DNA from: Promethearchaeota archaeon
Lineage (GTDB): Archaea > Asgardarchaeota > Lokiarchaeia > Sigyniarchaeales > SOKP01
Assembly (NCBI GenBank): GCA_019058445.1
Contig: JAHPZA010000006.1
Coordinates: 96,001 to 160,000 of the forward strand
DNA: 64,000 bases
Direction of reading: 5' to 3'
Positions 9,769 to 20,004 of this stretch are shown piece by piece. The first letter of the stretch is position 1; each line of letters begins with the position of its first letter. The notes below the pieces were generated by a model, which saw only the letters and a list, made by a program, of their open reading frames with translations, was not told where the DNA came from and did no database searches. Position numbers and translations under genes: made by a program.

Positions 9769-10968
9769 ATGAATGATAATTTCGATTTCGATGAATTTAT
9801 AAAAAAACTTTCTTTTCCTCGATTATCAGGTTCTGAGGGAGAGATAAAAGCCCAAGAACTTATCGAAACTGAACTTAAAAATCTAAAAATTGATCAATAT
9901 AATAAAGAATCATTTAGTTACACTACTTTTTTTATGAACTTCTTATTAAGAACCTATAGTTCCTTAATAGGACTGCAAATGATTCTTTTAATTATGATGT
10001 TATATTTAAATCTCGTTTATTATGTAATTCTATTTGCTTCTGTTTTATTAATAACAGCTCTCTTTAGTCGAGAGATCAGAGAAAAAATTCAGTTTAAATT
10101 TACAAAGATCGGAAAAAAGAGAACATCTGCAAATTATATTATAGAATTACCAGCCAAACATGAAGATAAAGATAAAAATCAAAATATCATAATTCTCGCC
10201 CATTATGATTCGATTAGTATGACTTTTCATCCAATTTTCGATGGAGTAATTTTCTTCTTTTCTTTAGTTGGTGGAGTAATATTTTCACTTCATATCTTTT
10301 TTATATCTACCTTATATCTTCTGAATATAATTCAATCTATTGAAATCATTCAATTTTTTTATGGATTTTTCTTAGCTGGTTTTTATTGTTTACAATTTTT
10401 TAATAAACGGCATAATAAATCTTTTGGAACAGCAGATAATGCTACAGCAGTAGCTAATAGTTTTTATTGCATTGATTACTTCAGTAAAAATCCACTAAAA
10501 AATACGAATTTATTTTTTGTCTTAACAGGTGCAGAAGAAATGGGGGATTATGGAGCAGATTCTTATATAAAAAAACACAATTCTGAGTTTAATAAGAGTA
10601 ATACGTTTTTTTTTATTCCAGATACAGTCGGAGCTAATGAAGAGACAAATCTTTATGCTTATGCTCAAGGATTCCCGAAAAAAATGTTTTCTCCTAAAAT
10701 TAAAGTTAATATTGAAGAGCTTGTAAAAACTAGCCAAGGATCTTATAAAATTAAACCATTTTATATTCCACCTTTAATTCACTTTAGTACAGATCATGCC
10801 CCTCTAAAACCATTTGGTTATGAATTTATGATCTTTCTATCGAATGCTCCAATTCATTCTGAAAAAGATAATATAAACAATTATCATCCTAATATGTTAG
10901 AAGACTTTAATTTATTTATGAGAGATTTAATAATTCTGATGGATAAAAACTTTAACTATAAAACTTAA
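9769..10968 (+). CDS. M28 family metallopeptidase with inserted TM segments
   Basis: PRLSGSEGE, LAHYDS, GTADNA, TGAEEMG, STDH and IHSEKD metal-ligand motifs, with hydrophobic insertions. Confidence 0.8.
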   Translation: MNDNFDFDEFIKKLSFPRLSGSEGEIKAQELIETELKNLKIDQYNKESFSYTTFFMNFLLRTYSSLIGLQMILLIMMLYLNLVYYVILFASVLLITALFSREIREKIQFKFTKIGKKRTSANYIIELPAKHEDKDKNQNIIILAHYDSISMTFHPIFDGVIFFFSLVGGVIFSLHIFFISTLYLLNIIQSIEIIQFFYGFFLAGFYCLQFFNKRHNKSFGTADNATAVANSFYCIDYFSKNPLKNTNLFFVLTGAEEMGDYGADSYIKKHNSEFNKSNTFFFIPDTVGANEETNLYAYAQGFPKKMFSPKIKVNIEELVKTSQGSYKIKPFYIPPLIHFSTDHAPLKPFGYEFMIFLSNAPIHSEKDNINNYHPNMLEDFNLFMRDLIILMDKNFNYKT

Positions 10969-10995
10969 TTTAGTTGAATACTTTTATTAAAAAAA

Positions 10996-11874
10996 ATGAA
11001 TAATAAAAATAAGCCCCAGTTTAAACAATTGGTTTCTGAGAGTTTGATACGAGATTTGATTCTATTTTCATTTTTATATATTTTAGTCATTGCACAGGAT
11101 TGGGACAATATACTGCTCCTTTTATTTCCTTTGATAACATTCGTATATGCTCTATTTTTTAAAATAATCAATAATATAAGACAAAAAAGTAATACTTCCG
11201 ATTCTCTTATTATATATAATCCTTTAGGATCAGAAAAAATTTCCGCTCATAGATTGAATTTCAGCGCTTATATTCAATTAATTTTATTATTCTGGTTTGG
11301 AGCAGAGTCACTTTACCATCCCCAATTAATTGATAATTATTATATTTATTTCATTTCAATCTTTATATTTATGTATACGTTTGGTTTTTATATCCTATTC
11401 ATTGATTTATGGAAATATAGTAAAATTGAGATAAATTTAGAAGATAGTAATGCGAAATATTCTCAGAAAGAGCAGAATGATCTAGATACTGTGATCTCTT
11501 TTCTCAAAATGAAAAGTTTTAAAATAATTTCTATTATTAATTTGTTAGTCTTTATAATTTTAAATGCATTGAATATTATATTTGCTTTTTTAACCCTCAA
11601 CGAAATCATGCTGGGATTTGAATATTACTTACCTGGGACAGGATTTGAAAATTCAGAGCCAATTAAATTATCATTTATTATCTACGCGATTATTACTACA
11701 CCACCATTGATTTCTATAGCTTTTTTAGCTATTAATTATAAGGATATCAATAATTATAGCGAAGAAAAATTAAACAAAGTTCTCAGTGCATTGCCGAAAA
11801 GTACTCAAAGTAAAATTATGCAAAACCTTATATTACTAAATAAGAGTTTTAAAAATAGACTAAGATTGGAATAA
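10996..11874 (+). CDS. Hypothetical multi-pass membrane protein
   Basis: Long ORF with about 6 hydrophobic segments, in a + strand run of genes. Confidence 0.65.
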   Translation: MNNKNKPQFKQLVSESLIRDLILFSFLYILVIAQDWDNILLLLFPLITFVYALFFKIINNIRQKSNTSDSLIIYNPLGSEKISAHRLNFSAYIQLILLFWFGAESLYHPQLIDNYYIYFISIFIFMYTFGFYILFIDLWKYSKIEINLEDSNAKYSQKEQNDLDTVISFLKMKSFKIISIINLLVFIILNALNIIFAFLTLNEIMLGFEYYLPGTGFENSEPIKLSFIIYAIITTPPLISIAFLAINYKDINNYSEEKLNKVLSALPKSTQSKIMQNLILLNKSFKNRLRLE

Positions 11875-11920
11875 GAATTTTTTAATATAAAAAATAAATA
11901 AAATTATTGTTAAAAATAAG

Positions 11921-12451
11921 ATGAAAACAATGTCTCGACAATTGCTCTTTAAAGTAATTGTAGTCGGTGATGGTGGAGTTGGAAAATCGACAATGGTCAA
12001 ACGTTTAACAACAGGACTTTTTATCCCTCAAAAAATCACAATAGGAACAGATTTAGCTTCAATTCAAATTGATATGGGAGCTAAGGGCTCTGCTAAACTA
12101 CAGATATGGGATTTTGCTGGAGAGAAGCGTTTTCGATTTTTCTTACCAAATTATGCTCGAGGAGCACTGGGCTGTGTGTTATGCTACGATATTACAAGAT
12201 ATCAAAGTATCGAGAGTTTAATCGAATGGTACAAAATTGTTAAAGAAAATGCGGCCAATCCTGTGTTTGTCCTAGTTGGATGTAAGTCAGATTTAGTTGA
12301 AAAAAGAGTACTTGATTTTAACATTGGCAAACAATTTCAAGAAAAGTATAAAATTGATTATTTTTTTGAAAGTTCATCTAAATCCGGAGAAAATAATCAA
12401 CTTATTTTTCAAACTCTAACAGAGGGGATAATTGAAAAAAAACTTGCTTAA
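11921..12451 (+). CDS. Rab-like small GTPase (Ras superfamily)
   Basis: G1 GDGGVGKS, G2 TIG, G3 WDFAGE, G4 GCKSD and G5 ESSSK; no C-terminal prenylation motif. Confidence 0.9.
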   Translation: MKTMSRQLLFKVIVVGDGGVGKSTMVKRLTTGLFIPQKITIGTDLASIQIDMGAKGSAKLQIWDFAGEKRFRFFLPNYARGALGCVLCYDITRYQSIESLIEWYKIVKENAANPVFVLVGCKSDLVEKRVLDFNIGKQFQEKYKIDYFFESSSKSGENNQLIFQTLTEGIIEKKLA

Positions 12452-12615
12452 CATTTAATTATTAATCCTCAGTTCTCATCGTAACTATTTAATAACATAA
12501 AATATAGCCAAAATTCATTGGATTAAAAGATCAACTAATGGATTGATAATCAAACTTGAGTTTTGTATTCATTTCAGTTTAAAATAATAGAAAAAAGAAA
12601 AAAATTGTATGGTTT

Positions 12616-13554
12616 TTAGTCCTCAAGAAGTTCTCTAATTTCTTCAATATTGAGGCTTAAATATTTTGCAGTTACTAAATCTTTACCCATGAGATTCTTG
12701 AAGTTCTTCTTGCGCTTTTTATTAATAAATTTCTTCATTTCACTAAGATCTGGATTAGCATTTGTCACTTCAATTAATTTCATATCTTTAGCAGCGTCTA
12801 CAACCTTTTGACCAACATCAGTTCTAATAATCAGCAATGCCTCTCCCTTAGGAGCACCCCAAGGTGAATAAGAAATATCTGAAAATTCTCCTGAAAAATC
12901 AGTGCAATATTTACATCCTGCCATACCACCTGAAGAACATGCAAATGCTAATTTTAATGAAGTCCTTTCTGCACCTGTATTGAAATCACTAACTAGAATT
13001 TTCGCTAGACCTTGTAAATGACATGGATTTGCAATAATTCCAATATCTCTCTTTTTATCTAAATATGCTTTACCAATTCCCGTGATTAATGGCCCTGCAT
13101 TGTCCATGGTTGCCTTAGGTATCAGTGCTTTTGCCTTCTTTGCACTATCAACTACTTCTGGGAATGCTACAGGAGGTTTTTTACTTTTGTTTTTTCCCAC
13201 AACCAAATGCTTAATAATACCCTTTTCAAATGCTGCCAATGCCAAATTGTATAGGATTTCATCTTTATTACTTGATTTGACTTGTATAATATCTTTATAC
13301 ACTCCCACTGCTAAATCAGTCCGAGTTTGACCAAATAAGGCTTGTTCAATCTCACTAACAGGAAGAAAACTTCTTGGACATGCATTATAGCATAGACCTA
13401 CAGTTTCTGTACATTCATCAACCACATAAGCTTCGCCAGTTTCATGATTAAAGTCCATATGGGGACAAAAAGCGTTGCACGATCCACAATGAATACAAAG
13501 TCCCGAGTATATTACTTCATTTTCTAAATCTTGTGAACATTTTTCAACTTTCAA
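12616..13554 (-). CDS. Coenzyme F420 hydrogenase/dehydrogenase beta subunit (FrhB/FdhB) family with N-terminal ferredoxin
   Basis: CIHCGSCNAFCP and CxxxxGLCYNACPR ferredoxin motifs, IANPCH, GCKYCTDFSGEFSDIS and IIRTDVG. Confidence 0.8.
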   Translation of the reverse strand: MKVEKCSQDLENEVIYSGLCIHCGSCNAFCPHMDFNHETGEAYVVDECTETVGLCYNACPRSFLPVSEIEQALFGQTRTDLAVGVYKDIIQVKSSNKDEILYNLALAAFEKGIIKHLVVGKNKSKKPPVAFPEVVDSAKKAKALIPKATMDNAGPLITGIGKAYLDKKRDIGIIANPCHLQGLAKILVSDFNTGAERTSLKLAFACSSGGMAGCKYCTDFSGEFSDISYSPWGAPKGEALLIIRTDVGQKVVDAAKDMKLIEVTNANPDLSEMKKFINKKRKKNFKNLMGKDLVTAKYLSLNIEEIRELLED

Positions 13555-13822
13555 CTTATTTCATGCTCCGATATTATGAATCAATCAAAAATTATTAGGA
13601 TAACTTTTTTGATTATTTTTGATAAGGAAAATTAAACATTGCTTTTAAAGGTAGTATGAAGATTCGCACTCTTCACGATAGGAGTGAATAGGCAGAAGAC
13701 TTAAAAAATTAAGATGATACGTGAATTTACTTTTGTTTACCAAGATAATAATTTCATTTATAATGTAATATTTTAGAAAAAATAGAAAAACTAGCTTTTA
13801 ATTGATACTTGAACTAAATTTT

Positions 13823-15100
13823 TTATTTAATCTCGCTAAGTTCTATCCCTTTCGTCTCTCTCAAGCTTATATAGGATAAAGGAACAATTATATACATTGC
13901 TAATATGAAGATAATAAAAGTAATCCCTAAACCTAAGAATAGAATGAATATGCTGCTTAATAGTAGTCCAAGTGTAGTGCCAATAGCAAAAAATAACCAT
14001 CTAAGTCCTACGCCTGATGCCCTTCTGTCAGTTGGGAGATTTTCTATAGTTATAAGGCTAAGAATTGTCAATAATCCCCAAAAACATACATGCATTAAGG
14101 CGAAACCTAATTGTACGATAAGAAACGCATTTTGAGGGTCATGAGCTCCTATTACCCAAGTCAATACTCCTACTGGTAAGAGACCAGACCAGAGATACAC
14201 TAAAGGTTTCCGACCGATTCTATCTGCAAGTAAACCATTAACTAAGTAAGCAATCAAGACCGCAAAAACTGTCCAAATAAAAATAATACTTATTTGAGCT
14301 TGAGTCAACGTGCCTACATCTGTTATATATTTTTCAAATAAATTTCTCCAGATTGTTGCCGCTCCAAATACTAAACTTATAATTAAAAGAGAAATATAGG
14401 CTTTTCGTTGATCGGTTTTAAAAATCGCTTTTACATCCTCCTTGAACGTCCTTTTCTCAGCTAGTGAGGGTTCTTCCCTCATTATTTGAAATTTTGAGGT
14501 TTCTTTAAGTGTTAAAAGGATTATTATTGATAACGGAATACCTAAAATTATTGGGAATAATAGTAATGCCCTCCAGTCTGATCTTGTTTCGGTGATAAAG
14601 ATAGCGCGTAATACTATAGCTAATATTGGTCCGATTAGTCCTCCCATCAGTACTATATACTGATAAAAAGCGCGCTTTTCTTTCTTGGATTCTTCATTTA
14701 TGTAAATTGCCCACAGATCTGAACTGAAAAATAGATATAAAATTGCCCAGAAAAAAACGTATTGCCAAAAATTAGTAGACAAAATCATCATTATACATGC
14801 AAATGCTATACCGATGATAGTATAAGCTAAGACTTTTTTCCTTCCAATCCTATCGGCAAGATATAGATTTATAAAAATAAAATAGTAGCCCATACTTGCT
14901 ATACTTGCCCCAATAGCCATGAGAGCGTTTTGTTCGTTTGTTGTATAATCGCTTAAAAATTCTTCGGCGATCTTTGAAGGGAACATGCCGTTCACAATTG
15001 TAACATAGCTATCGATAATACTCGCCAGAATTAATATAAAAATCAAGTATCTGAAATACCCTTTGGATCTTGAAATTTCAGCATCCGTAGTTTCTGTCAT
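13823..15100 (-). CDS. MFS transporter
   Basis: Two MFS motif-A copies (LADRIGRK) and about 12 TMs; likely start MTETTD at 15100. Confidence 0.85.
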   Translation of the reverse strand: MTETTDAEISRSKGYFRYLIFILILASIIDSYVTIVNGMFPSKIAEEFLSDYTTNEQNALMAIGASIASMGYYFIFINLYLADRIGRKKVLAYTIIGIAFACIMMILSTNFWQYVFFWAILYLFFSSDLWAIYINEESKKEKRAFYQYIVLMGGLIGPILAIVLRAIFITETRSDWRALLLFPIILGIPLSIIILLTLKETSKFQIMREEPSLAEKRTFKEDVKAIFKTDQRKAYISLLIISLVFGAATIWRNLFEKYITDVGTLTQAQISIIFIWTVFAVLIAYLVNGLLADRIGRKPLVYLWSGLLPVGVLTWVIGAHDPQNAFLIVQLGFALMHVCFWGLLTILSLITIENLPTDRRASGVGLRWLFFAIGTTLGLLLSSIFILFLGLGITFIIFILAMYIIVPLSYISLRETKGIELSEIK

Positions 15101-15170
15101 AAATTTACTATATGATAGTGTGGTATATAAACATTGAGGATATTTTTTAAAAATAATCAACTATACAGCA

Positions 15171-15464
15171 CTATTGTAAAAAACGAGAGCAAGTATCATC
15201 CATTTTTGGTAAAATTTTATCTCTATCTTTCCAAACAATCCATGTGTTCCCTGATTTTTCAAAATGAAAACCACAATATTCTGCCTCCTTCAACTTTTTT
15301 AGAGTTTTTTTAACGAAACTCCACGAAAATCCCGTTTTATCTACAACCTCTGCAATAGCGATTGGATGATTAGTTTCAAGATCATTATTGAAGAAATTTA
15401 TAATTTTCTCAAATCCGGTTTGTGGTGAAGTGTCTTGAGTTTTCGAAGGAATATTCCTTTCCAC
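15171..15464 (-). CDS. Small winged-helix DNA-binding protein
   Basis: HTH-like IAEVVDKTGFSWSFVKKTLKKL followed by a beta-wing (FEKSGNTWIVW). Confidence 0.6.
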   Translation of the reverse strand: MERNIPSKTQDTSPQTGFEKIINFFNNDLETNHPIAIAEVVDKTGFSWSFVKKTLKKLKEAEYCGFHFEKSGNTWIVWKDRDKILPKMDDTCSRFLQ

Positions 15465-15773
15465 CTATTCTAATTAAAATAGAATTTCTTTATTAATAAA
15501 ATAATTATTTCGATAATTTAATTATTTTATTTTCGCATTATAGGTAATTTAATCTCAAAATTAAATTTTTAAAAATTCAAGTTCGATGCATTTTAACCAT
15601 GATATCAAGTATTATTAGCTTAATAATGTTCATTTTCACATTAAACGGTAGAAAATAAAAATTGGGCTCCTTAAGCATTAAGTATTATACTCCTCGATTA
15701 ATTAAGTGTACAATTTCAAATTATTGAAATTATAACTAAAAAGCAATTAATAATCAAGAATGGAGGTTAAAAA

Positions 15774-16172
15774 ATGGAAAAAATTTCTAATAATGCAATA
15801 GGTGCTATATTAGCATTGGAAGCTATCGTTTTGGGTATTTTTATTGGTCTAAAAATGGGTTTCTCATTTGAGCCCCCAAGTACTTTAAGTTATATCGCAA
15901 CATTTGGAGGTACTCGGCATGTTATAGGGACTATAGCTGCTTTAATTTTCATACCTTGTTTTGTAAAACAAATAAAATATGGTGTATTGGCAGCAATTAT
16001 ATTTATTTCAGTTACAATAGTACTTACTTCAATCAGTGTCATAGATTTGTTATTTATTACTCCCGGATTTACACACAAGGCGCCAGTTGCTATTATTATG
16101 CTAGTTTTTCAAATCACTGCAATAATATTTAGTTACAAGACAATAAAAGAAATATATAGCTCCACAAGCTGA
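15774..16172 (+). CDS. Small 4-TM membrane protein
   Basis: GGAGGT SD upstream of the ATG and four hydrophobic segments. Confidence 0.65.
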   Translation: MEKISNNAIGAILALEAIVLGIFIGLKMGFSFEPPSTLSYIATFGGTRHVIGTIAALIFIPCFVKQIKYGVLAAIIFISVTIVLTSISVIDLLFITPGFTHKAPVAIIMLVFQITAIIFSYKTIKEIYSSTS

Positions 16173-16188
16173 GAAATAATAGATTAGT

Positions 16189-17385
16189 TCATTTTCGCAT
16201 TGTTCGAAATTCTCCAGTTTTCATTAATTCACAAGGTTTAAGATAATTCTTTCCGGTTTGTTCTACAATATCTTCTAACATTTTAGTCCATTTTTCAAAA
16301 TTATTTTTACCTGAACTAAACGGCCCCGGCATGGAAGTACCTTTTAACATGACGTCATCAATTATTTTATAGCCAGGAACCACCCCTTCTTCCAAAAGTC
16401 TACAACCCTCGTTAAGTTGGATAGCCATAAGCACTTCGGGATTAAGTAAACCAGCCTTTTTATTAAAATTTAGTTTTGGTCTTCCTTTTGTCCAATCATA
16501 AAATCCTTTTCCCGTTTTTTTTCCTAAATTCCCTTCCGTTATTAATTTGTTTAGGATTTTACCTGGTGAAAAATCAGGTGAGATATATTTTTCATAACTT
16601 TTCAGAACATTGAAAGAAGCATCTACGCCGAGATAATCGGTTAATTGACATGGTCCCATAGGGATTAATTCTCCCGCTCCGGCATCGGCATCGATTTGCT
16701 CCCATGGAATATTTTTTTCATATGCTTGATCTAATATATAATTAATATATATATTGGGAGGGATTAGTAATCTATTAGCAATAAATCCCGGACTCTCCTT
16801 TTCAATTCTAACTGAAAGCCGTTTTCCTCTAAGGCAAGGTAATCTTTTACCAATAGCTACACCAATATTTAATGCTTCATCAGAAGTCTTCTCACCTTTC
16901 ATAACTTCCACACAACATTGAAGAACCACTGGTAAGAAAAAATGCATTCCAATTATATACTCAGGCCTTTTTGACTCACTTGCGATATCTGTTATATAAT
17001 ATGATGAAGTATTTGAGGCAAAGATACAGTGAGGTGGAGTGTTTTCCATAACAGCATTACACACATTTCTTTTAATATCTAAGTTTTCAACAACTGCTTC
17101 AAATACAAAATCTGCTTCTTTAACCGCAGAGGGTAAATCAATAGATGTTTTACAGTTTGACATAAGATCAGCAATAGAACACCCTTCAGGTAATTTTCCT
17201 TTAGTCTTTGCTTTTCTTAATCCTTTTTCAATATTAGCAATACCATTATCAACATATTTTTGATTTATGTCAATTAATGTGACATTATAGCCGGCCATTA
17301 ATGAAACTTGGGCAATTCCATGACCCATCATACCCGCTCCAACAACAGAGATATTTTTTATATTATTTAAATCAACCATCTTCAA
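16189..17385 (-). CDS. 3-hydroxyacyl-CoA dehydrogenase family (copy 2)
   Basis: VVGAGMMGHGIA, EAVVENLDIK, ASNTSS, GMHFF, PGFIANR and LGKKTGKGFY. Confidence 0.9.
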   Translation of the reverse strand: MKMVDLNNIKNISVVGAGMMGHGIAQVSLMAGYNVTLIDINQKYVDNGIANIEKGLRKAKTKGKLPEGCSIADLMSNCKTSIDLPSAVKEADFVFEAVVENLDIKRNVCNAVMENTPPHCIFASNTSSYYITDIASESKRPEYIIGMHFFLPVVLQCCVEVMKGEKTSDEALNIGVAIGKRLPCLRGKRLSVRIEKESPGFIANRLLIPPNIYINYILDQAYEKNIPWEQIDADAGAGELIPMGPCQLTDYLGVDASFNVLKSYEKYISPDFSPGKILNKLITEGNLGKKTGKGFYDWTKGRPKLNFNKKAGLLNPEVLMAIQLNEGCRLLEEGVVPGYKIIDDVMLKGTSMPGPFSSGKNNFEKWTKMLEDIVEQTGKNYLKPCELMKTGEFRTMRK

Positions 17386-17519
17386 TTATCCTCTTAAAGT
17401 AACAATGAATTTGAAGTCAGCAAGTACTTATAAATGGATTATCTATATTAATGATATTTTTATTAAAAATGTGTAGTAATATAGGTAACAATTTTAATGA
17501 AATATTAAGGAATATCCTA

Positions 17520-18710
17520 TTATTTTCTCATTTTAAGAAAACCACCTGAGGTCATCAATTTACATGGTTTGAAGTATTGTTTCCCTGTCTTTTCAACAAA
17601 TTCTTCTAATAGTTCAGACCATTTTTCATAATTTTTTTTCCCCGGTCCAAAAGGTCCGGGCATGTCCATTCCAGCGAACATAGTATCATCTATTACTTTG
17701 TAACCTGAAACAATACCTTCTTCTAATAATTTACATCCCTCATTTAATTGAAGTGCAAAAAATATGTCCATTTTAAGAATATTTGCCTTTTCTGTTGCGA
17801 CTGTTTTAAGCTTTCCATCTTTATTCCATTCAAATATTCCTTTTCCAGTTTTTTTTCCTAAATTTCCTTTATTAAAAAGAGTTGTAAGCACTTTTCCTGG
17901 AGCAAAATCAGGTGAGAGAACATCTTCAAAATACTTTAAAACATTATATACAACATCTAAACCTAAATAATCCCATTTCGCAAAAGGGCCTAATTCTTGT
18001 AAAGATCCCAGGTCAGCATCGATATTTTCAATTGGAATTCCTTTTTCCATAGCATAATCAAGAAGCCAATTAAAATACATTCCCCCCGAAATAGTCAATC
18101 TATTTACTATAAAGCCAGGACTTTCTTTTTCAATTCGAGCAATATATCTTTTTCCTTTAAGAGCTGGAAGTTTTTTACCAACAGTAATAGCGATATTCAT
18201 TGTCTCTTCAGATGTTTCCTCACCCTTTATTACCTCAATTAATCTAAGAACAACAACCGGAGTAAAAAAATGCATTCCAACTACTTTTTCGGATCTTCCC
18301 GATTTCGCTGCTATTTTAGTAATACTCATTGTAGATGTATTGCTTGCTAAAATTGCATGTGTTGGAGAATATTCTCCCAATTTTCTAAAAAGTTCCTGTT
18401 TAAGCTCCATTTTTTCTGGTATAGCTTCTACTATAAAATCTGCATCCCTAACAGCATCTTTTAAATTTATTTTTCTAATCAATTTTTTCATAAGAGCCTC
18501 TGATGTAGCATTTTCTCCCAGTAAACCTTTCATTTCAAGTTTTTTAAGATTCCCCTTAATTTTGTCTACTGCCTCATTAATGACTTCTTCTGAAAGATCA
18601 TTCAATACAACTTTTTCAAAACCAGCCATTAAGGCTACTTGGGCGATTTCATGTCCCATAGTTCCCGCTCCAATAACGGCAAATGTATTAATATTACTAA
18701 TATCCACCAT
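17520..18710 (-). CDS. 3-hydroxyacyl-CoA dehydrogenase family (copy 1)
   Basis: VIGAGTMGHEIA, EAIPEKMELK, ASNTST, GMHFF, PGFIVNR and LGKKTGKG. Confidence 0.9.
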   Translation of the reverse strand: MVDISNINTFAVIGAGTMGHEIAQVALMAGFEKVVLNDLSEEVINEAVDKIKGNLKKLEMKGLLGENATSEALMKKLIRKINLKDAVRDADFIVEAIPEKMELKQELFRKLGEYSPTHAILASNTSTMSITKIAAKSGRSEKVVGMHFFTPVVVLRLIEVIKGEETSEETMNIAITVGKKLPALKGKRYIARIEKESPGFIVNRLTISGGMYFNWLLDYAMEKGIPIENIDADLGSLQELGPFAKWDYLGLDVVYNVLKYFEDVLSPDFAPGKVLTTLFNKGNLGKKTGKGIFEWNKDGKLKTVATEKANILKMDIFFALQLNEGCKLLEEGIVSGYKVIDDTMFAGMDMPGPFGPGKKNYEKWSELLEEFVEKTGKQYFKPCKLMTSGGFLKMRK

Positions 18711-18798
18711 AATTATGTATTAAATTACATACATTAAAAATTTAATTTGCGAAGATCCATTTAGGGATTTATAAGAGCTTTACTGGTTTAGTTTCTAT

Positions 18799-19890
18799 TT
18801 AATAAAAAATAGACTCAAAAAAATAGACCATGAAATTAACATTGTATAAAATATACCACGAAAGAAGCATTGTCCCAATTCCCAAAAAAATTGAAATCGG
18901 GAGCCCTGGTAATATTTTATTCTTTTTTAACCCTTGAATCGTTATACCTGTACCAATAATTATAGCAATCGATGTTAAAATCATTATTATTATGCTTCCA
19001 GTCAATATAAGTGCACTAGAAGTGAGCATACTATAAAAAGCTAAATCACCTATGCCAATTTCTAATTTGGATGTATCATAAGCAATTTCTCCGCTTTCTA
19101 ATTTTTCTTTTAATTCTTCCTCTGATAATTTATCATCCAAGCTATCTTTAGAAGCAATATCAATCATATTTCTAATTGGACCCCTTTTAGCCTTTACTGC
19201 ATAGATATCCCAACAGGAAATTCCAATTAATACAGCTAATGTGGTCCAGAGAGGCATCATTACTCCAAGTAGAGCTCCAATTAATAAACCAATATAGAGA
19301 ACAATTAAGTTTTTTGTGAATAGGGAAAAAGTGGTAAAATATTTATAAATCATCAATGTCGTGAGGATCCCTGTTCCAATTAAAAGAATATAATAACTAA
19401 TATAATAGCTAGTGATAACAGCTTCCGTTTCTGGCTTATTATAGAAATATAGGTATAATAAGATCTGCCCAAAAAAGAGAGTTAAAAAGAATGATATAAA
19501 GCCAAAAACCCCGCCAAAAATATACTTTAATACGTCAATTCCTTTTCTTTTAACCACAAAAATAATAATGAAAGAAGAGATTGCAGCCATTGCTGTAAAA
19601 ATTAAGCCATTAATTAGTCCCGCAGTAGCGCCATATTCTGCTTCTGAGACATAACCTCCTTCAATTTGAATCCCAGCTATCACGTAAGTAGCATAAGCCA
19701 ATAAACCTGCGCATATAACAACTATTAGAATTGGAAGCGGATATAGTTTTCGGGAAATCCTATACGTTGGAAAAAAGTGTGGGATAAATTCTTTATCTAA
19801 AATTTCTTCTGATTTTGATTCATCCATCGTTTTCCTAAGGTTCTTACGTTCTACATTTATTTCATTAGGAGTATTTGGGATATCTGACAT
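18799..19890 (-). CDS. Presenilin-like GxGD intramembrane aspartyl protease (A22)
   Basis: ISCWDIYAV..RGPIR (YD equivalent), IGIGDLAFYSML (GxGD) and LPGLPISI (PAL equivalent); about 9 TMs. Confidence 0.9.
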   Translation of the reverse strand: MSDIPNTPNEINVERKNLRKTMDESKSEEILDKEFIPHFFPTYRISRKLYPLPILIVVICAGLLAYATYVIAGIQIEGGYVSEAEYGATAGLINGLIFTAMAAISSFIIIFVVKRKGIDVLKYIFGGVFGFISFFLTLFFGQILLYLYFYNKPETEAVITSYYISYYILLIGTGILTTLMIYKYFTTFSLFTKNLIVLYIGLLIGALLGVMMPLWTTLAVLIGISCWDIYAVKAKRGPIRNMIDIASKDSLDDKLSEEELKEKLESGEIAYDTSKLEIGIGDLAFYSMLTSSALILTGSIIIMILTSIAIIIGTGITIQGLKKNKILPGLPISIFLGIGTMLLSWYILYNVNFMVYFFESIFY

Positions 19891-20004
19891 GTTAATAGAA
19901 AAATTTGTCTTTAAAATATTTCATTTAAATTATAAAGTAAAACATAGCATAAAAACTATGAAATAATGAATTAAAAATTATGATAAGCTTTCAATTAAGG
20001 GAAG

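Noticed and set aside
13555-13590. In-frame TGA three codons upstream of the FrhB-like TTG start as a possible selenocysteine
   Set aside because: Another in-frame TGA lies 8 codons further up, the extension is not protein-like, GGAG there fits an SD, and no convincing SECIS was found.
13655-13700. ATGA...GA hairpin as a eukaryote-type SECIS
   Set aside because: There is no apical AA, the geometry is poor, and no upstream + strand gene has an in-frame TGA.
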